From: a virus
Taxonomy: Duplodnaviria; Caudoviricetes
IMG/VR virus record: IMGVR_UViG_3300037589_000163
Coordinates: 10,016-74,015 of that record
Reading direction: 5' to 3' (one strand)
DNA length: 64,000 bases
A program made the translations under genes and the position numbers. Positions 6,916 to 16,338 of the stretch are shown here, in pieces. The first letter of the stretch is position 1; each line of letters opens with the position of its first letter. Under the pieces are notes generated by a model that saw nothing but the letters and a program-made list of their open reading frames with translations, did not search any database and had not been told where the DNA came from.

Positions 6916-8542
6916 GGCGCTCGAAACGATCCTGGCCAGCGGCCGCAACATCATCCGGAAAGAGCTGGATGAATGGCTCGACGAGGTTGATTACCAGACA
7001 CTCAATGACAACAGCTACATCCCTTCGGAATTCTCCCTGGTCTTCATGAACTTCATCAAGCTGGTGAATGGAGAAGAAGGAGAAAGCCACAAGACACCGC
7101 CGGTCCACCTCAAGATGCTCGACAAGCTCTCGAGCTCGACTTCAGAGAATGTGGTCAATTTGTGTTTCCGTGGTGCAGCGAAGACCACAATTTTCGCCGA
7201 GTACCTGTTCCTGTTCATTGCTCTCTACGGGTATCTCCCCAACTTCGGGAAGATTACCGGCGCCATCTACGTGTCCGACTCCATGGAGAACGGCGTGAAA
7301 TCGATGCGGAAGAACATCGAATTCCGTTATGAAAACTCCGACTTCTTGAAAGAATGGATCCCTTACGCAAAGTTCACGGACAACTATATCGAGTTCGTCA
7401 ATCGTGACGGTCACCGGTTCGGTATCAAGATGTTCGGTGCTCAAACCGGTATCCGCGGTACCAAGATTTTTGGTAAGCGGCCGGTGCTCGCGGTACTCGA
7501 TGACTTGCTCGACGATGATGACGCCAAGTCGCCGGCAGCCCTGAAGTCGATCAACGACACGATCTACAAGGGCATCAATCACGCCTTGGACCCAACAAGG
7601 CGAAAGATCATCTTCAATGGCACGCCCTTTTCAAAAGACGACCCAATGGTGGAAGCCGTTGAATCGGGAGCCTGGGACGTCAATGTGTGGCCGGTCTGTG
7701 AAAGATTCCCGTGCTCCAGGGAAGAGTTCTGCGGTGCCTGGGAGGATCGATTCAACTTCGATTACATCCTGAAGCAATACGAAGACGCCGTGCTCAACGG
7801 GAAGGTCGAGGCCTTCATGCAGGAGTTGATGCTGCGGATCTCCTCCGAGGAAGAGCGTCTGGTCCAGGATGCGGAGATCAAGGAATACTCCCGGGCCCAA
7901 CTTCTCAACAATACAGGCTCGTTCAACTTCTACATCACAACGGACTTTGCCACCTCGGACAAACAGTCTGCCGACTATTCAGTCATCTCGGTGTGGGCTT
8001 TGAACTCGAACGGGGATTGGTTCTGGGTCGATGGTGAATGCGAACGCATGACCATGGACAAGTCGATCAATCATCTCTTCCGTCTGGTTCAGAAATACCG
8101 GCCGCAATCCGTCGGCGTGGAAGTGTCGGCTCAGCAGAAGGCATTCATCAAGTGGCTTCAGGGAGAGATGATGCATCGGAACATCTGGTTCAATTTTGCA
8201 TCGTCGGAGAAGTCGGGTGAGCCTGGTATTCGTCCAGTGGTCAACAAATTGACCCGCTTCAACCTGGTTGTGCCCCTGTTCAAGGCCGGCAAGATGTTTT
8301 TCCCCCAGGAAATGAAAGCCAGCAAGATCATGGGTCTGTTCTACGGCCAGCTGCGATTGGCAACCCGTAACGGCTTGAAAGGCAAAGACGACTGCATCGA
8401 TACGATCTCGATGCTGATGTACCTCAATGCCTGGAGACCAAGCGAAAAAGCCCCAAAAATGATTGGACACAACGGCGGTCCGGAATGGGATGAAGACGAA
8501 GAAGTCGAGCAGGTATCTGCTTTGTCCTCTTACATTGTTTGA
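6908..8542 (+). CDS. terL: Terminase large subunit (N4 gp68-like)
   Basis: CFRGAAKTT (Walker A), LAVLDDL (Walker B), TDFATS..ADYS and KDDCIDTISML nuclease motifs. Start reassigned to MSEALE at 6908. Confidence 0.93.
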   Translation: MSEALETILASGRNIIRKELDEWLDEVDYQTLNDNSYIPSEFSLVFMNFIKLVNGEEGESHKTPPVHLKMLDKLSSSTSENVVNLCFRGAAKTTIFAEYLFLFIALYGYLPNFGKITGAIYVSDSMENGVKSMRKNIEFRYENSDFLKEWIPYAKFTDNYIEFVNRDGHRFGIKMFGAQTGIRGTKIFGKRPVLAVLDDLLDDDDAKSPAALKSINDTIYKGINHALDPTRRKIIFNGTPFSKDDPMVEAVESGAWDVNVWPVCERFPCSREEFCGAWEDRFNFDYILKQYEDAVLNGKVEAFMQELMLRISSEEERLVQDAEIKEYSRAQLLNNTGSFNFYITTDFATSDKQSADYSVISVWALNSNGDWFWVDGECERMTMDKSINHLFRLVQKYRPQSVGVEVSAQQKAFIKWLQGEMMHRNIWFNFASSEKSGEPGIRPVVNKLTRFNLVVPLFKAGKMFFPQEMKASKIMGLFYGQLRLATRNGLKGKDDCIDTISMLMYLNAWRPSEKAPKMIGHNGGPEWDEDEEVEQVSALSSYIV

Positions 8543-8683
8543 TTACTGAAAATGTGATGCACATTTTCTGGCTATTATCCAGAAAATAATCGTATATAAT
8601 GGCCTGAGATTTTTGGATCACTCGTGCAATTAATCACGAGGACGCCCCATCAGCTCTACAATCCGAACATATAAGGACAGCAA

Positions 8684-9391
8684 ATGCAGATCAAAGAGCT
8701 GCTCAAGAACCTTGCTTTGGCTGAGCTTTCGAACCTTTCGATCAGTGAAGGCGAGAATGCGACGATCAAGGAAAAGTCGCATGAAGGCCTCCTGTTGCAT
8801 ATCAACGAAGGCCTCCTGCGTCTCTACACAAGGTTTGTCCTGTCCGAGAAATCCCTGGTGATCGAGCAACTGGCTCACATCACCAAGTACCCTCTACGCA
8901 AAGGTTACTCGGAATGCTCTGGTTCGGACATCGACTACAAGTTCATCAAGGACATGCCTGGTGAGCCCTTTCAAGAAGACGTCATCAAGATCCTCTCGGT
9001 CTATGACAGCTCGGGCCACAAGCGACCACTGAACGACGTCGAAGACGTGGAATCCCTTTTCACGCCCCAACCCGACGTTCTTCAGATCCCATCCCCGATC
9101 CAGGGCCAGGCCCTTGGGGTTGTTTACCAGGCTCGGCATGCCCCCATCACCAAGGCAGACGAAGGTTACCTCGATCGAGAAGTCGAGATTCCTTTCGCAC
9201 TCGAAGGTGCCCTTCAGTCCTACGTGGCCTCGAAAGTGTTCAGCAACATGAACGGCCCGGAGAACAAGGCAACAAGTCAGGGTTACCTGACGGATTACGA
9301 GCGCATCTGCGTGGAGATGGAAGACAAGGACATTATCAACAAAAGTCATCAGACAAGCCATTCAAAGCTTGAAGAACGAGGTTTCGTATAA
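8684..9391 (+). CDS. Virion structural/adaptor protein (N4 gp67-like)
   Basis: 235 aa in the syntenic position after TerL; INEGLLRLYTRF pattern. Confidence 0.75.
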   Translation: MQIKELLKNLALAELSNLSISEGENATIKEKSHEGLLLHINEGLLRLYTRFVLSEKSLVIEQLAHITKYPLRKGYSECSGSDIDYKFIKDMPGEPFQEDVIKILSVYDSSGHKRPLNDVEDVESLFTPQPDVLQIPSPIQGQALGVVYQARHAPITKADEGYLDREVEIPFALEGALQSYVASKVFSNMNGPENKATSQGYLTDYERICVEMEDKDIINKSHQTSHSKLEERGFV

Positions 9392-11148
9392 TGCATAGCC
9401 CTTTTGATCCGCGCGGAAGCCACACTGTCATCGTCGATCGGATGATCGGTCAGGCATATCCGACCGTTCGTCTTGTCGCCGAAAACATGGAATACGTGAA
9501 GCACCTGTCCCATTACATGGAACAGCTTTACGACATCCATGGCAAACTCGGCGATCTTCAGAATTTCACCACGAATTACCAGGTGGTCCAAGATCTCCTG
9601 GCCGACATGACCGTTTTCAATGCTCTTTATGCCGACCTGTCGAACATCAATCTTGCTGCGACGAACATGGATGACATCATCCACATCAACGCCAACATCG
9701 CCAATTTGCTGGCCGCCGAACAGAGCATCTCGGATTCGATCGATACCGTGAACGGCTTTATCACCGCCTTTGGTGATCTCAGCACCGCGATCAGTCAGGC
9801 AGAAGCGGCCGCCACTGCTTCTGCTGGATCGGCAAGCAGCGCCTCCGATGATGCCGGCCTCGCCAAGGACTGGGCGAACAAGACCTACAATGTGCCTGTT
9901 CTCCTGGGGGAATATTCGGCCAAACACTATGCGACCGTTGCAGGGCAGAATTCCTCTATGGCTGCTCTCTGGGCCGACGAGGCAGAAGATGTCGAAGTTC
10001 AGACGGGCAAATACTCTGCCAAGCATTGGGCTCAGAAAGCGCTCGATGCAGTTCAGATCAACAACATCTCTCTCATGCATTTCGCCGGCGACGGTACGTC
10101 GGATCCACTGGAGTTGGCTTTTGCTCCTGGTTCCGTGAACAACATCGAAGTCAACATTCGCGGCCTGGGAACACAGCCCCGCGGCATCTTTACTCTCGAT
10201 GGAACCAATCTGCATCCGCCGGCCGGTACCGTGTGGCCGCTTTATGATGATGTCGAATCAGCCGGCCTTGGTTGGAACATCGAAGTCATCTACGCCAATG
10301 CAATCGAGATCGGTGCTCCGGCAGACGGCACTGTTACCAGCCCCAAGGTCGCTGCCAATGCGATCAACGCTTCGAAGATCGATGCTTCGGACAAGGCAGC
10401 AATCGTCAACAAACTCGAGCTCAATGACCCGAGCTATTTCACCGGTTTCAAGTTGGTTGTCGGTCCGGTCGACCTCAACAACGACATCACCATTTACCCT
10501 GGCACTTGCGCCAGTGATGACGCCACACCGGCCTTGATCTCGCTCAAGACGCCACTGACCAAGCGTGTGGACGCTTCCTGGGTCGCCGGCAATGAACAGG
10601 GTGGTCTGGACACAGGCAGCCTGACGCCGAGCGTGACTTATCACCTCTGGGTCATCCGCAATCCGACCACGGAAGTGGTTGACGTCATCTTCTCCTTGTC
10701 CCCGACGGCGCCAACTTTGCCGACCGGTTTCACACAGAAACAATATCTGTGGCCTGTCATTCGTGGAAGCACCGGTTGGTGGAAATTCACCCACCAGGGT
10801 AACTACTTCGCGATGGTCGACACTTACTACGTGGGTGCAGCGGTATCGACGACCGCTGCGCTTGTCACGGCCCCAGGAGTACCGACAGGGCGAAACATGC
10901 TCGTGGATCTGGGTGTTGGTGTTTTTGATAATGGAGTCAACCTGGTGGCTCTCGTCAGTTCACCTCTTGCTGGCGACTACGTTCCGGCAACCGGGACTTA
11001 CGCCACGGCCATCACTTCGGGAAGTTCCCGGTGGGATTATACGACGGCAAAAGTGCTCACCAATTCCTCGGCACAGTTTCGCCTGAGAGGAAATGCGGCA
11101 ATTTCCAACTTCTCGGCCTTCACCATCGGCTACGCTTTCAATCGTTGA
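9391..11148 (+). CDS. Tail fibre / receptor-binding protein
   Basis: N4-like anchoring N-terminus (DRMIGQAYPTVR), an Ala/Ser-rich coil, a duplicated YSAKH(Y/W)A repeat and beta-rich C-terminal modules. Confidence 0.8.
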   Translation: MHSPFDPRGSHTVIVDRMIGQAYPTVRLVAENMEYVKHLSHYMEQLYDIHGKLGDLQNFTTNYQVVQDLLADMTVFNALYADLSNINLAATNMDDIIHINANIANLLAAEQSISDSIDTVNGFITAFGDLSTAISQAEAAATASAGSASSASDDAGLAKDWANKTYNVPVLLGEYSAKHYATVAGQNSSMAALWADEAEDVEVQTGKYSAKHWAQKALDAVQINNISLMHFAGDGTSDPLELAFAPGSVNNIEVNIRGLGTQPRGIFTLDGTNLHPPAGTVWPLYDDVESAGLGWNIEVIYANAIEIGAPADGTVTSPKVAANAINASKIDASDKAAIVNKLELNDPSYFTGFKLVVGPVDLNNDITIYPGTCASDDATPALISLKTPLTKRVDASWVAGNEQGGLDTGSLTPSVTYHLWVIRNPTTEVVDVIFSLSPTAPTLPTGFTQKQYLWPVIRGSTGWWKFTHQGNYFAMVDTYYVGAAVSTTAALVTAPGVPTGRNMLVDLGVGVFDNGVNLVALVSSPLAGDYVPATGTYATAITSGSSRWDYTTAKVLTNSSAQFRLRGNAAISNFSAFTIGYAFNR

Positions 11149-11169
11149 TTTCATTAAGGAATTGTTTTC

Positions 11170-11739
11170 ATGAGTGGTTTTTGGCAGATCATCAACGAGG
11201 GAATTGATCCCTCGACACCTGTCGCCGATTTGCCGGGTAATCTCCCGGCAAGTCGAGTAACCGGGCATAAGAGGGGTGCTGTTTTCCTTCCCAGGACAAC
11301 GACCTATCCTCTGACCCATGTTCCGGTCGAGTTCCCGCAGTTTCGGAAAAAGATCTTCACTCCGGACGCCGGCCTGATCATGTGTACCTTCCAGATCGAC
11401 ACCCAACACAACGGGGTGAATGGTCATGCGGTGCAGGTCGAAGGCAATTTCATGGTGCGATCCGCGCCTTCGGAACCTGAGTTGAACAGTGCCACTTTTG
11501 TGGACCTTCCGAATACCTATGACGAAGGCATCATCCGCGATGTGACGCATCACTATTACACCATTCACACGCCGCGTTATCCCCACGAAGTGCTCCCGAA
11601 CACCTGGCACGAGTTCACTCTCAAGCTCGGCGCCAAGTCGACTGTGTCCGGCACACTCAACGGTCTTGCTTCTGTTCAGAGCAACGGCGGTACGCAACTC
11701 ATGCTCCTGGAATACGAACCAGGCGCCTACTTGCTCTAA
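11170..11739 (+). CDS. Putative tail/receptor-binding accessory protein, paralog A
   Basis: Beta-rich 189 aa; shares motifs with 11752..12330. Confidence 0.65.
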   Translation: MSGFWQIINEGIDPSTPVADLPGNLPASRVTGHKRGAVFLPRTTTYPLTHVPVEFPQFRKKIFTPDAGLIMCTFQIDTQHNGVNGHAVQVEGNFMVRSAPSEPELNSATFVDLPNTYDEGIIRDVTHHYYTIHTPRYPHEVLPNTWHEFTLKLGAKSTVSGTLNGLASVQSNGGTQLMLLEYEPGAYLL

Positions 11740-11751
11740 GGGGGCCTCAAT

Positions 11752-12330
11752 ATGCGTTACTGGAGAGAAGGCGAATATTTTGACATCGACGAGCTGGCCG
11801 ATCTGCCGGGTGAATTTCCTGTCAACCGGATCCTCGATCAGAAGAAAAAAATCGTCTTTGTCAACGTGGATAATGATCTGTTCTGGGACGAACTGGAGAT
11901 CAGTTATTTCCGACAGAAAATGTTCATCCCCGAAGATGGATTGGTTTATTTCACTTACAAGATGGGGGTACGTCACCGCGGTATCGATTCCGGTCCCACT
12001 TATGGGATCGAGTATCCGATCGGTCTTGGTTCCCGTCCGATGTACCGATCTGCTGCAACAGAAGCAGCCCTGTCTCCGCTGAGTTTCATTTACTATGACA
12101 ATGGTTTGTCCGCCGGCCAGATCATGGATTACACCCACAGAAAATACACCATGGGTGCTGTCAGAGTTCCGATGAATGTGACGGCGAACACCTGGTACGA
12201 ATTCTCCATGAGTGGAGGATCTCACACCAACGCCGGCAGCCGGGACGGTGCGGATGGGTCCGCAGAGATCAACCCGGACAACATCAATTACCTGCTCGTC
12301 GAATACGAAGCAGGCAAATTCCTTACCTGA
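11752..12330 (+). CDS. Putative tail/receptor-binding accessory protein, paralog B
   Basis: Beta-rich 192 aa; NTWYEF and LLVEYEAGKF echo NTWHEF and LLEYEPGAY of paralog A. Confidence 0.65.
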   Translation: MRYWREGEYFDIDELADLPGEFPVNRILDQKKKIVFVNVDNDLFWDELEISYFRQKMFIPEDGLVYFTYKMGVRHRGIDSGPTYGIEYPIGLGSRPMYRSAATEAALSPLSFIYYDNGLSAGQIMDYTHRKYTMGAVRVPMNVTANTWYEFSMSGGSHTNAGSRDGADGSAEINPDNINYLLVEYEAGKFLT

Positions 12331-12343
12331 AACGGAGCCCGTG

Positions 12344-12745
12344 ATGACATACATCCCAGCTGAGCATTTTCGCAGCACCGACTTTGATCGCAGCAGCTAC
12401 CCCGTAAGAGATTGCGGTAGCCTCAAGCAGAAGTTCTCGCTCAACATCTTTCCAGGTTCCCTGGAGTTTGTCGGTGTTGTCGATGTGCAAAGCCCAAAAC
12501 AGGCAATCATCGTGCAGAACGACGGCTATGAGGATCTTGCGATCCATGACGTCATCGTCGTCGGCCCCTTCCAGTTGATTGGTGAAAAGCCAACAACAAT
12601 CCTGGCCGGCAACACGATCTCGATCGAAGTGGCTTTCACAGCGAAAGTGGTAGGAGCAATGAGCGGAGGAATCTTCATCCAGGCGCCATTGGCGGTGGGA
12701 GAATGCTTCGTCCAGATCAACGGCACTGGAAGTGCTGCACCCTGA
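12344..12745 (+). CDS. Ig-like (ASH/Hydin-type) domain protein
   Basis: IIVQNDGYEDLAI...TTILAGNTISIEVAFTAKVVG.MSG...VQINGTG; start reassigned to MTYIPA after a GGAG RBS. Confidence 0.65.
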   Translation: MTYIPAEHFRSTDFDRSSYPVRDCGSLKQKFSLNIFPGSLEFVGVVDVQSPKQAIIVQNDGYEDLAIHDVIVVGPFQLIGEKPTTILAGNTISIEVAFTAKVVGAMSGGIFIQAPLAVGECFVQINGTGSAAP

Positions 12746-12762
12746 GAGACACAATGATTATG

Positions 12763-12790
12763 AAAAAAGCCCCTGTTCAGGGGCTTTTTT
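12763..12790. terminator. Bidirectional-type intrinsic terminator
   Basis: AAAAAAGCCCCTG-TT-CAGGGGCTTTTTT. Confidence 0.8.
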
Positions 12791-12901
12791 ATTTGCTCCA
12801 TTATGAGAACGTTTCCCCAAATATTATAATTGATAATGTCAAACCATTATGCGATGTGGTATGAAGATAATCGCATCAATCATTTTGAGAGAAATCACAC
12901 T

Positions 12902-13804
12902 ATGGTCAAAAAGATTACGGCATACATCGGCGGCATCGAAGGATTCGTGGGCAAATGGTACCTCGATCCGGTCCACATCCCGACCATGGGATTTGGCTTC
13001 ACCTGGCAGTCGAAGATCTTCCGCGAATGGTGGTTGGCGAAGCACGGCCGCAAGTTCAAGCGCGGTGACACGATTTCGAAAGCCGATGCGCTCATCGTTC
13101 TTCAGCGGATGATCGATCTGGAATATGGCCCCCCTGTCCAGAAAGCTTTTGCCGGCCGGCCTGAACACGTCCGTGATGCAGGCACATCCATGATTCTCAA
13201 CTGCGGTGCCGGCGCCTTGAAGTGGCGTTGGGCCCAGGCAATCATGCGTGGCGATATCAAGGAAGGTTGTCGCTTGTGGCGAACAACCGCAACCACGGCC
13301 CGGGGCAAGAAGCTTCCTGGACTGGTTCGTCGTCGCCGCGAAGAAGCGACCATTGCCGAGATGAACATCTACCCTTCCTGGATGGGCTACGCTCCTCCGA
13401 AGGAAGTGAAGAACCATGTTGCGGTCGAAGACATCACCCAGGCACAAACCTGGCTCCAGAATCTCGACTACTACCATGGTCAGCTTGACGGGATCGTCGG
13501 GAAGAAAACCATCAGTGCCACGAAGCGTTTCCAGGCCGACCATGGAACGCTGAGGGTCGACGGCATCATCGGTACAGCAACCCTCTCCGCTCTTCAGCGT
13601 GCGAACGACTTCAAGACCAAGAGCAAAACGAGCGCAGCAGGCGGAACGGCTGCGGCCGGAGGTGGCGCAGCCACCGACTGGTCGTGGGCAAGTGACGTCC
13701 TGCTCTGGGGCGGTCTGGCAGTCGCCGTGATCGGTCTGGGCTACCTGGCTTACCGTTACCGGGATGAAGTCAAAGTCTCCCTCAAAAAATTCAAGGCCAG
13801 CTGA
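12902..13804 (+). CDS. Endolysin: GH24 lysozyme + peptidoglycan-binding domain + C-terminal TM helix
   Basis: IEG...YLDPVHIPTMGFG catalytic E-D-T pattern; GKKLPGLVRRRREEA; DGIVGKKT...VDGIIGTAT repeats; hydrophobic LLWGGLAVAVIGLGYLAY. Start reassigned from 12830. Confidence 0.88.
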   Translation: MVKKITAYIGGIEGFVGKWYLDPVHIPTMGFGFTWQSKIFREWWLAKHGRKFKRGDTISKADALIVLQRMIDLEYGPPVQKAFAGRPEHVRDAGTSMILNCGAGALKWRWAQAIMRGDIKEGCRLWRTTATTARGKKLPGLVRRRREEATIAEMNIYPSWMGYAPPKEVKNHVAVEDITQAQTWLQNLDYYHGQLDGIVGKKTISATKRFQADHGTLRVDGIIGTATLSALQRANDFKTKSKTSAAGGTAAAGGGAATDWSWASDVLLWGGLAVAVIGLGYLAYRYRDEVKVSLKKFKAS

Positions 13805-13805
13805 G

Positions 13806-14039
13806 ATGTGGAACAAAGTACGCAACTTTTTCATGGACTCGGAAGTTATCTTCTATGCGCGGGTACAGGCCCTGATCGGGATACTCGCAGCAGGGATAAC
13901 CTTCCTGGATCCCGCTCTGGTGGCACCAATACTGCCACCGGAATATCTCCCCTGGTTCCTGCTGGCAAACGGCCTGGCGACAGAAATTCTCCGTCGTTTG
14001 CGGACCAAGAAAAGCGAGTTCCCTGAAGAAGGGAACTGA
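13806..14039 (+). CDS. Holin/antiholin-like membrane protein (2 TM)
   Basis: MWNKVRNFF start 1 nt after the endolysin stop; two hydrophobic segments and a basic tail. Confidence 0.6.
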   Translation: MWNKVRNFFMDSEVIFYARVQALIGILAAGITFLDPALVAPILPPEYLPWFLLANGLATEILRRLRTKKSEFPEEGN

Positions 14040-14107
14040 CTTCAAAAACAATCAATTGATCATGTGGTGCTCTCCAATTCCAGCAGCCACTCCACTGAAT
14101 AAAAGGC

Positions 14108-14437
14108 GTGGCTGGTATGCACGATAATGACGAATGGACATTGTATTTTGCCATCGCTTTGGCGCTGGTAATTCGAATGCTTTCCTCACCTTTTGAAGGG
14201 CTGAGGCAGAGCATCGTTCTGGTATTCACCTCACTGGGCTGCACGATCATTTTCACTGCTCCGACAGCAGAGATCATCGGCGTCCAGGATCAAATATCCG
14301 TGGTCAGTGCATTGGCCGCCCTCATCACAATCACGGCCATGGGCCTTGTGAAGTGGCTCATCGCATTTGTGGACAATCTGCCGACCGATCCCCGGGCAAT
14401 CATCCAATTGGTAAAGCAATGGAGGAACGGCAAATGA
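14108..14437 (+). CDS. Holin-like membrane protein (3 TM)
   Basis: Three hydrophobic helices; located in the lysis cassette. Confidence 0.6.
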   Translation: MAGMHDNDEWTLYFAIALALVIRMLSSPFEGLRQSIVLVFTSLGCTIIFTAPTAEIIGVQDQISVVSALAALITITAMGLVKWLIAFVDNLPTDPRAIIQLVKQWRNGK

Positions 14438-14601
14438 TCCGCGCACTGACACTGAAAGAAAAGACTTGGTGGAGAGGGATCATTCTCGGTTGGGTGATCC
14501 TTCTCGGCTACGCCAATTTCACGAAGTCGGAACACAACACGAATTTCACCGACGGATTTCAGAGCAATGTCTCGTCCGAAACAAAGCCCGCGGGTGAGTG
14601 A
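14434..14601 (+). CDS. Small single-TM protein (55 aa)
   Basis: ATGA coupling to the previous gene; GGAGG RBS. Confidence 0.55.
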   Translation: MIRALTLKEKTWWRGIILGWVILLGYANFTKSEHNTNFTDGFQSNVSSETKPAGE

Positions 14602-15853
14602 GCAGATGTCGGATTACATGAGTAATGACCCATCATTCATCGAAAAGGTGAGTGAACTCTCACGATCGATGATCAAGAACGACGGAACACCCAACCTGAC
14701 CGAAATAGCCTCGAGCTTGGGGGGTCACCGCCGCACTGTAAAAAGAGCGCTCGACAAGCTCCAGGATTTCGATCCTTCCATTCTGGAAGCAGCTGCTGCT
14801 GGCGGGATCGAGGATCCCAAGAACTTGTCTCACTTCTGGAAACTGGTGAAAGACAAGGACGGAAACGGTTATTCGCTGTTCGTGAAGAACCCTTCCACCG
14901 GCCGGGAAACTTCGGTCTGGGACATGGTGCGAGATGCGGTATCTCAAGAACCGATCAAGAAAATCACCCTGCCAAAAAGACCGCCGGCACTTATCAAAGG
15001 AAGGAAGGAAAGTCTGTTGGTCATTGACCTGGCAGACGTGCATTTTCTGAAGCTCTCAGTGAAGACCCAAACTGGTTACGAGTACAATCGGGAAGTGGCT
15101 CATCACAGGGTGGTGGAAGGAACCAAGGCTCTTCTTGCAAAGTCAGCGCTACAGGGGATCAACAGGGTCCTGTTCGTCATGGGTAACGACATTCTTCATG
15201 TCGACAACACCCGATCGACAACGACAAACGGTACCTACCAGGATGTCGATGGAACGATCTACCAGGGATTTCGTGACGCCTCCCTGGCTCTTGAAGAAGC
15301 GATCAGCGAAGCCAGCATGTATGCTGATGTGGACCTTATCCACTGCATGTCCAACCACGACAAAGTCATAGGATGGGCCCTTACCCAGTCCGTGGCCGGC
15401 AGGCTTCGCAACAATCGCCGGATCAGAGCAACACCCTACAACATCTCCGAAGCTCACCGGAAATATTACCGGTTCGAGTCCAATCTGATGGGTTTCACCC
15501 ACGGCGATGGCGCCAAGGAAGAAAAGCTTGTCGGGCTCCTCTTAAAGGAGGCTCGAGAGCACATTTCCGACTGTCCCAATCTCTATTGGTACCTTCACCA
15601 CGAGCACCACAAAAAGAAAAAAGTACACGGTGAAGTGACCTACATGCGGGAGAAAGACCACACAAGCATGACCGCAATGGTCAGTGGAAATCCTAACATC
15701 AAGGGAGAGTCGATCAACATCGAATACGTGCGGTCACCTTCCGATCCAGATGGTTGGCATGACCAGTTTGGTTTCGTCAACAAACAGGCCGTGGAGTGCT
15801 TCATTCATCACCCCTGGCAGGGACAAACGGCCCGATTTACGGAGTGGTTCTGA
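14567..15853 (+). CDS. Calcineurin-like metallophosphoesterase with an N-terminal HTH
   Basis: ADVH, MGNDILHVD, MSNHD, FTHGD and LHHEHH metal-binding motifs; N-terminal LTEIASSLGGHRRTVKRAL HTH. Exact start uncertain. Confidence 0.8.
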   Translation: MSRPKQSPRVSEQMSDYMSNDPSFIEKVSELSRSMIKNDGTPNLTEIASSLGGHRRTVKRALDKLQDFDPSILEAAAAGGIEDPKNLSHFWKLVKDKDGNGYSLFVKNPSTGRETSVWDMVRDAVSQEPIKKITLPKRPPALIKGRKESLLVIDLADVHFLKLSVKTQTGYEYNREVAHHRVVEGTKALLAKSALQGINRVLFVMGNDILHVDNTRSTTTNGTYQDVDGTIYQGFRDASLALEEAISEASMYADVDLIHCMSNHDKVIGWALTQSVAGRLRNNRRIRATPYNISEAHRKYYRFESNLMGFTHGDGAKEEKLVGLLLKEAREHISDCPNLYWYLHHEHHKKKKVHGEVTYMREKDHTSMTAMVSGNPNIKGESINIEYVRSPSDPDGWHDQFGFVNKQAVECFIHHPWQGQTARFTEWF

Positions 15854-16155
15854 TGAGCTTTTTTTCGATTATCAATTTCATCACTGACAACTGGACAATC
15901 GTTCTGGCGATGCTTGTCGTCGCCGCGGCATCCCTTGTGGTGTCTCATTTCTTCGGCCGCAAAATGTCCCTTGGAGCCTTGGTTCCAGGGGTGCTCTGGA
16001 TTTTCTACATAATCGGCGGTAAAAATGCGCGTGACAATTATAAGAAAAAGCGCAAAGATATTGAAGAAAAAAGGAATGAGGCTTATGACAAAATCGATTC
16101 ACGTAATACCGATCGTGATGATGTTCTTGACCGGCTGCGTAAGCGGCGGTTTTGA
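15853..16155 (+). CDS. i-spanin (Rz-like)
   Basis: N-terminal TM segments followed by a charged coiled region; overlaps a lipoprotein gene in another frame. Confidence 0.65.
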   Translation: MSFFSIINFITDNWTIVLAMLVVAAASLVVSHFFGRKMSLGALVPGVLWIFYIIGGKNARDNYKKKRKDIEEKRNEAYDKIDSRNTDRDDVLDRLRKRRF

Positions 16156-16312
16156 CTGCCCCGAGCCGACAGAAATTTCAGAAGAAGACCAGGCCAAGGC
16201 GGAGAAAGAGCTCCAAGCCATTCCTCCTGGTTCCAGCGAAGCACTGATGAAGGTTCTCGCAGCTTCCCTTGACGACCGGGACAAGATCAGAGCCTGCCGC
16301 CAGATTCGATAA
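16085..16312 (+). CDS. o-spanin (Rz1-like lipoprotein)
   Basis: Signal peptide with lipobox FLTGC; overlaps the i-spanin 3' end. Confidence 0.7.
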   Translation: MTKSIHVIPIVMMFLTGCVSGGFDCPEPTEISEEDQAKAEKELQAIPPGSSEALMKVLAASLDDRDKIRACRQIR

Positions 16313-16338
16313 TTTTTCATTTCGAAAGCGATTTAAAA

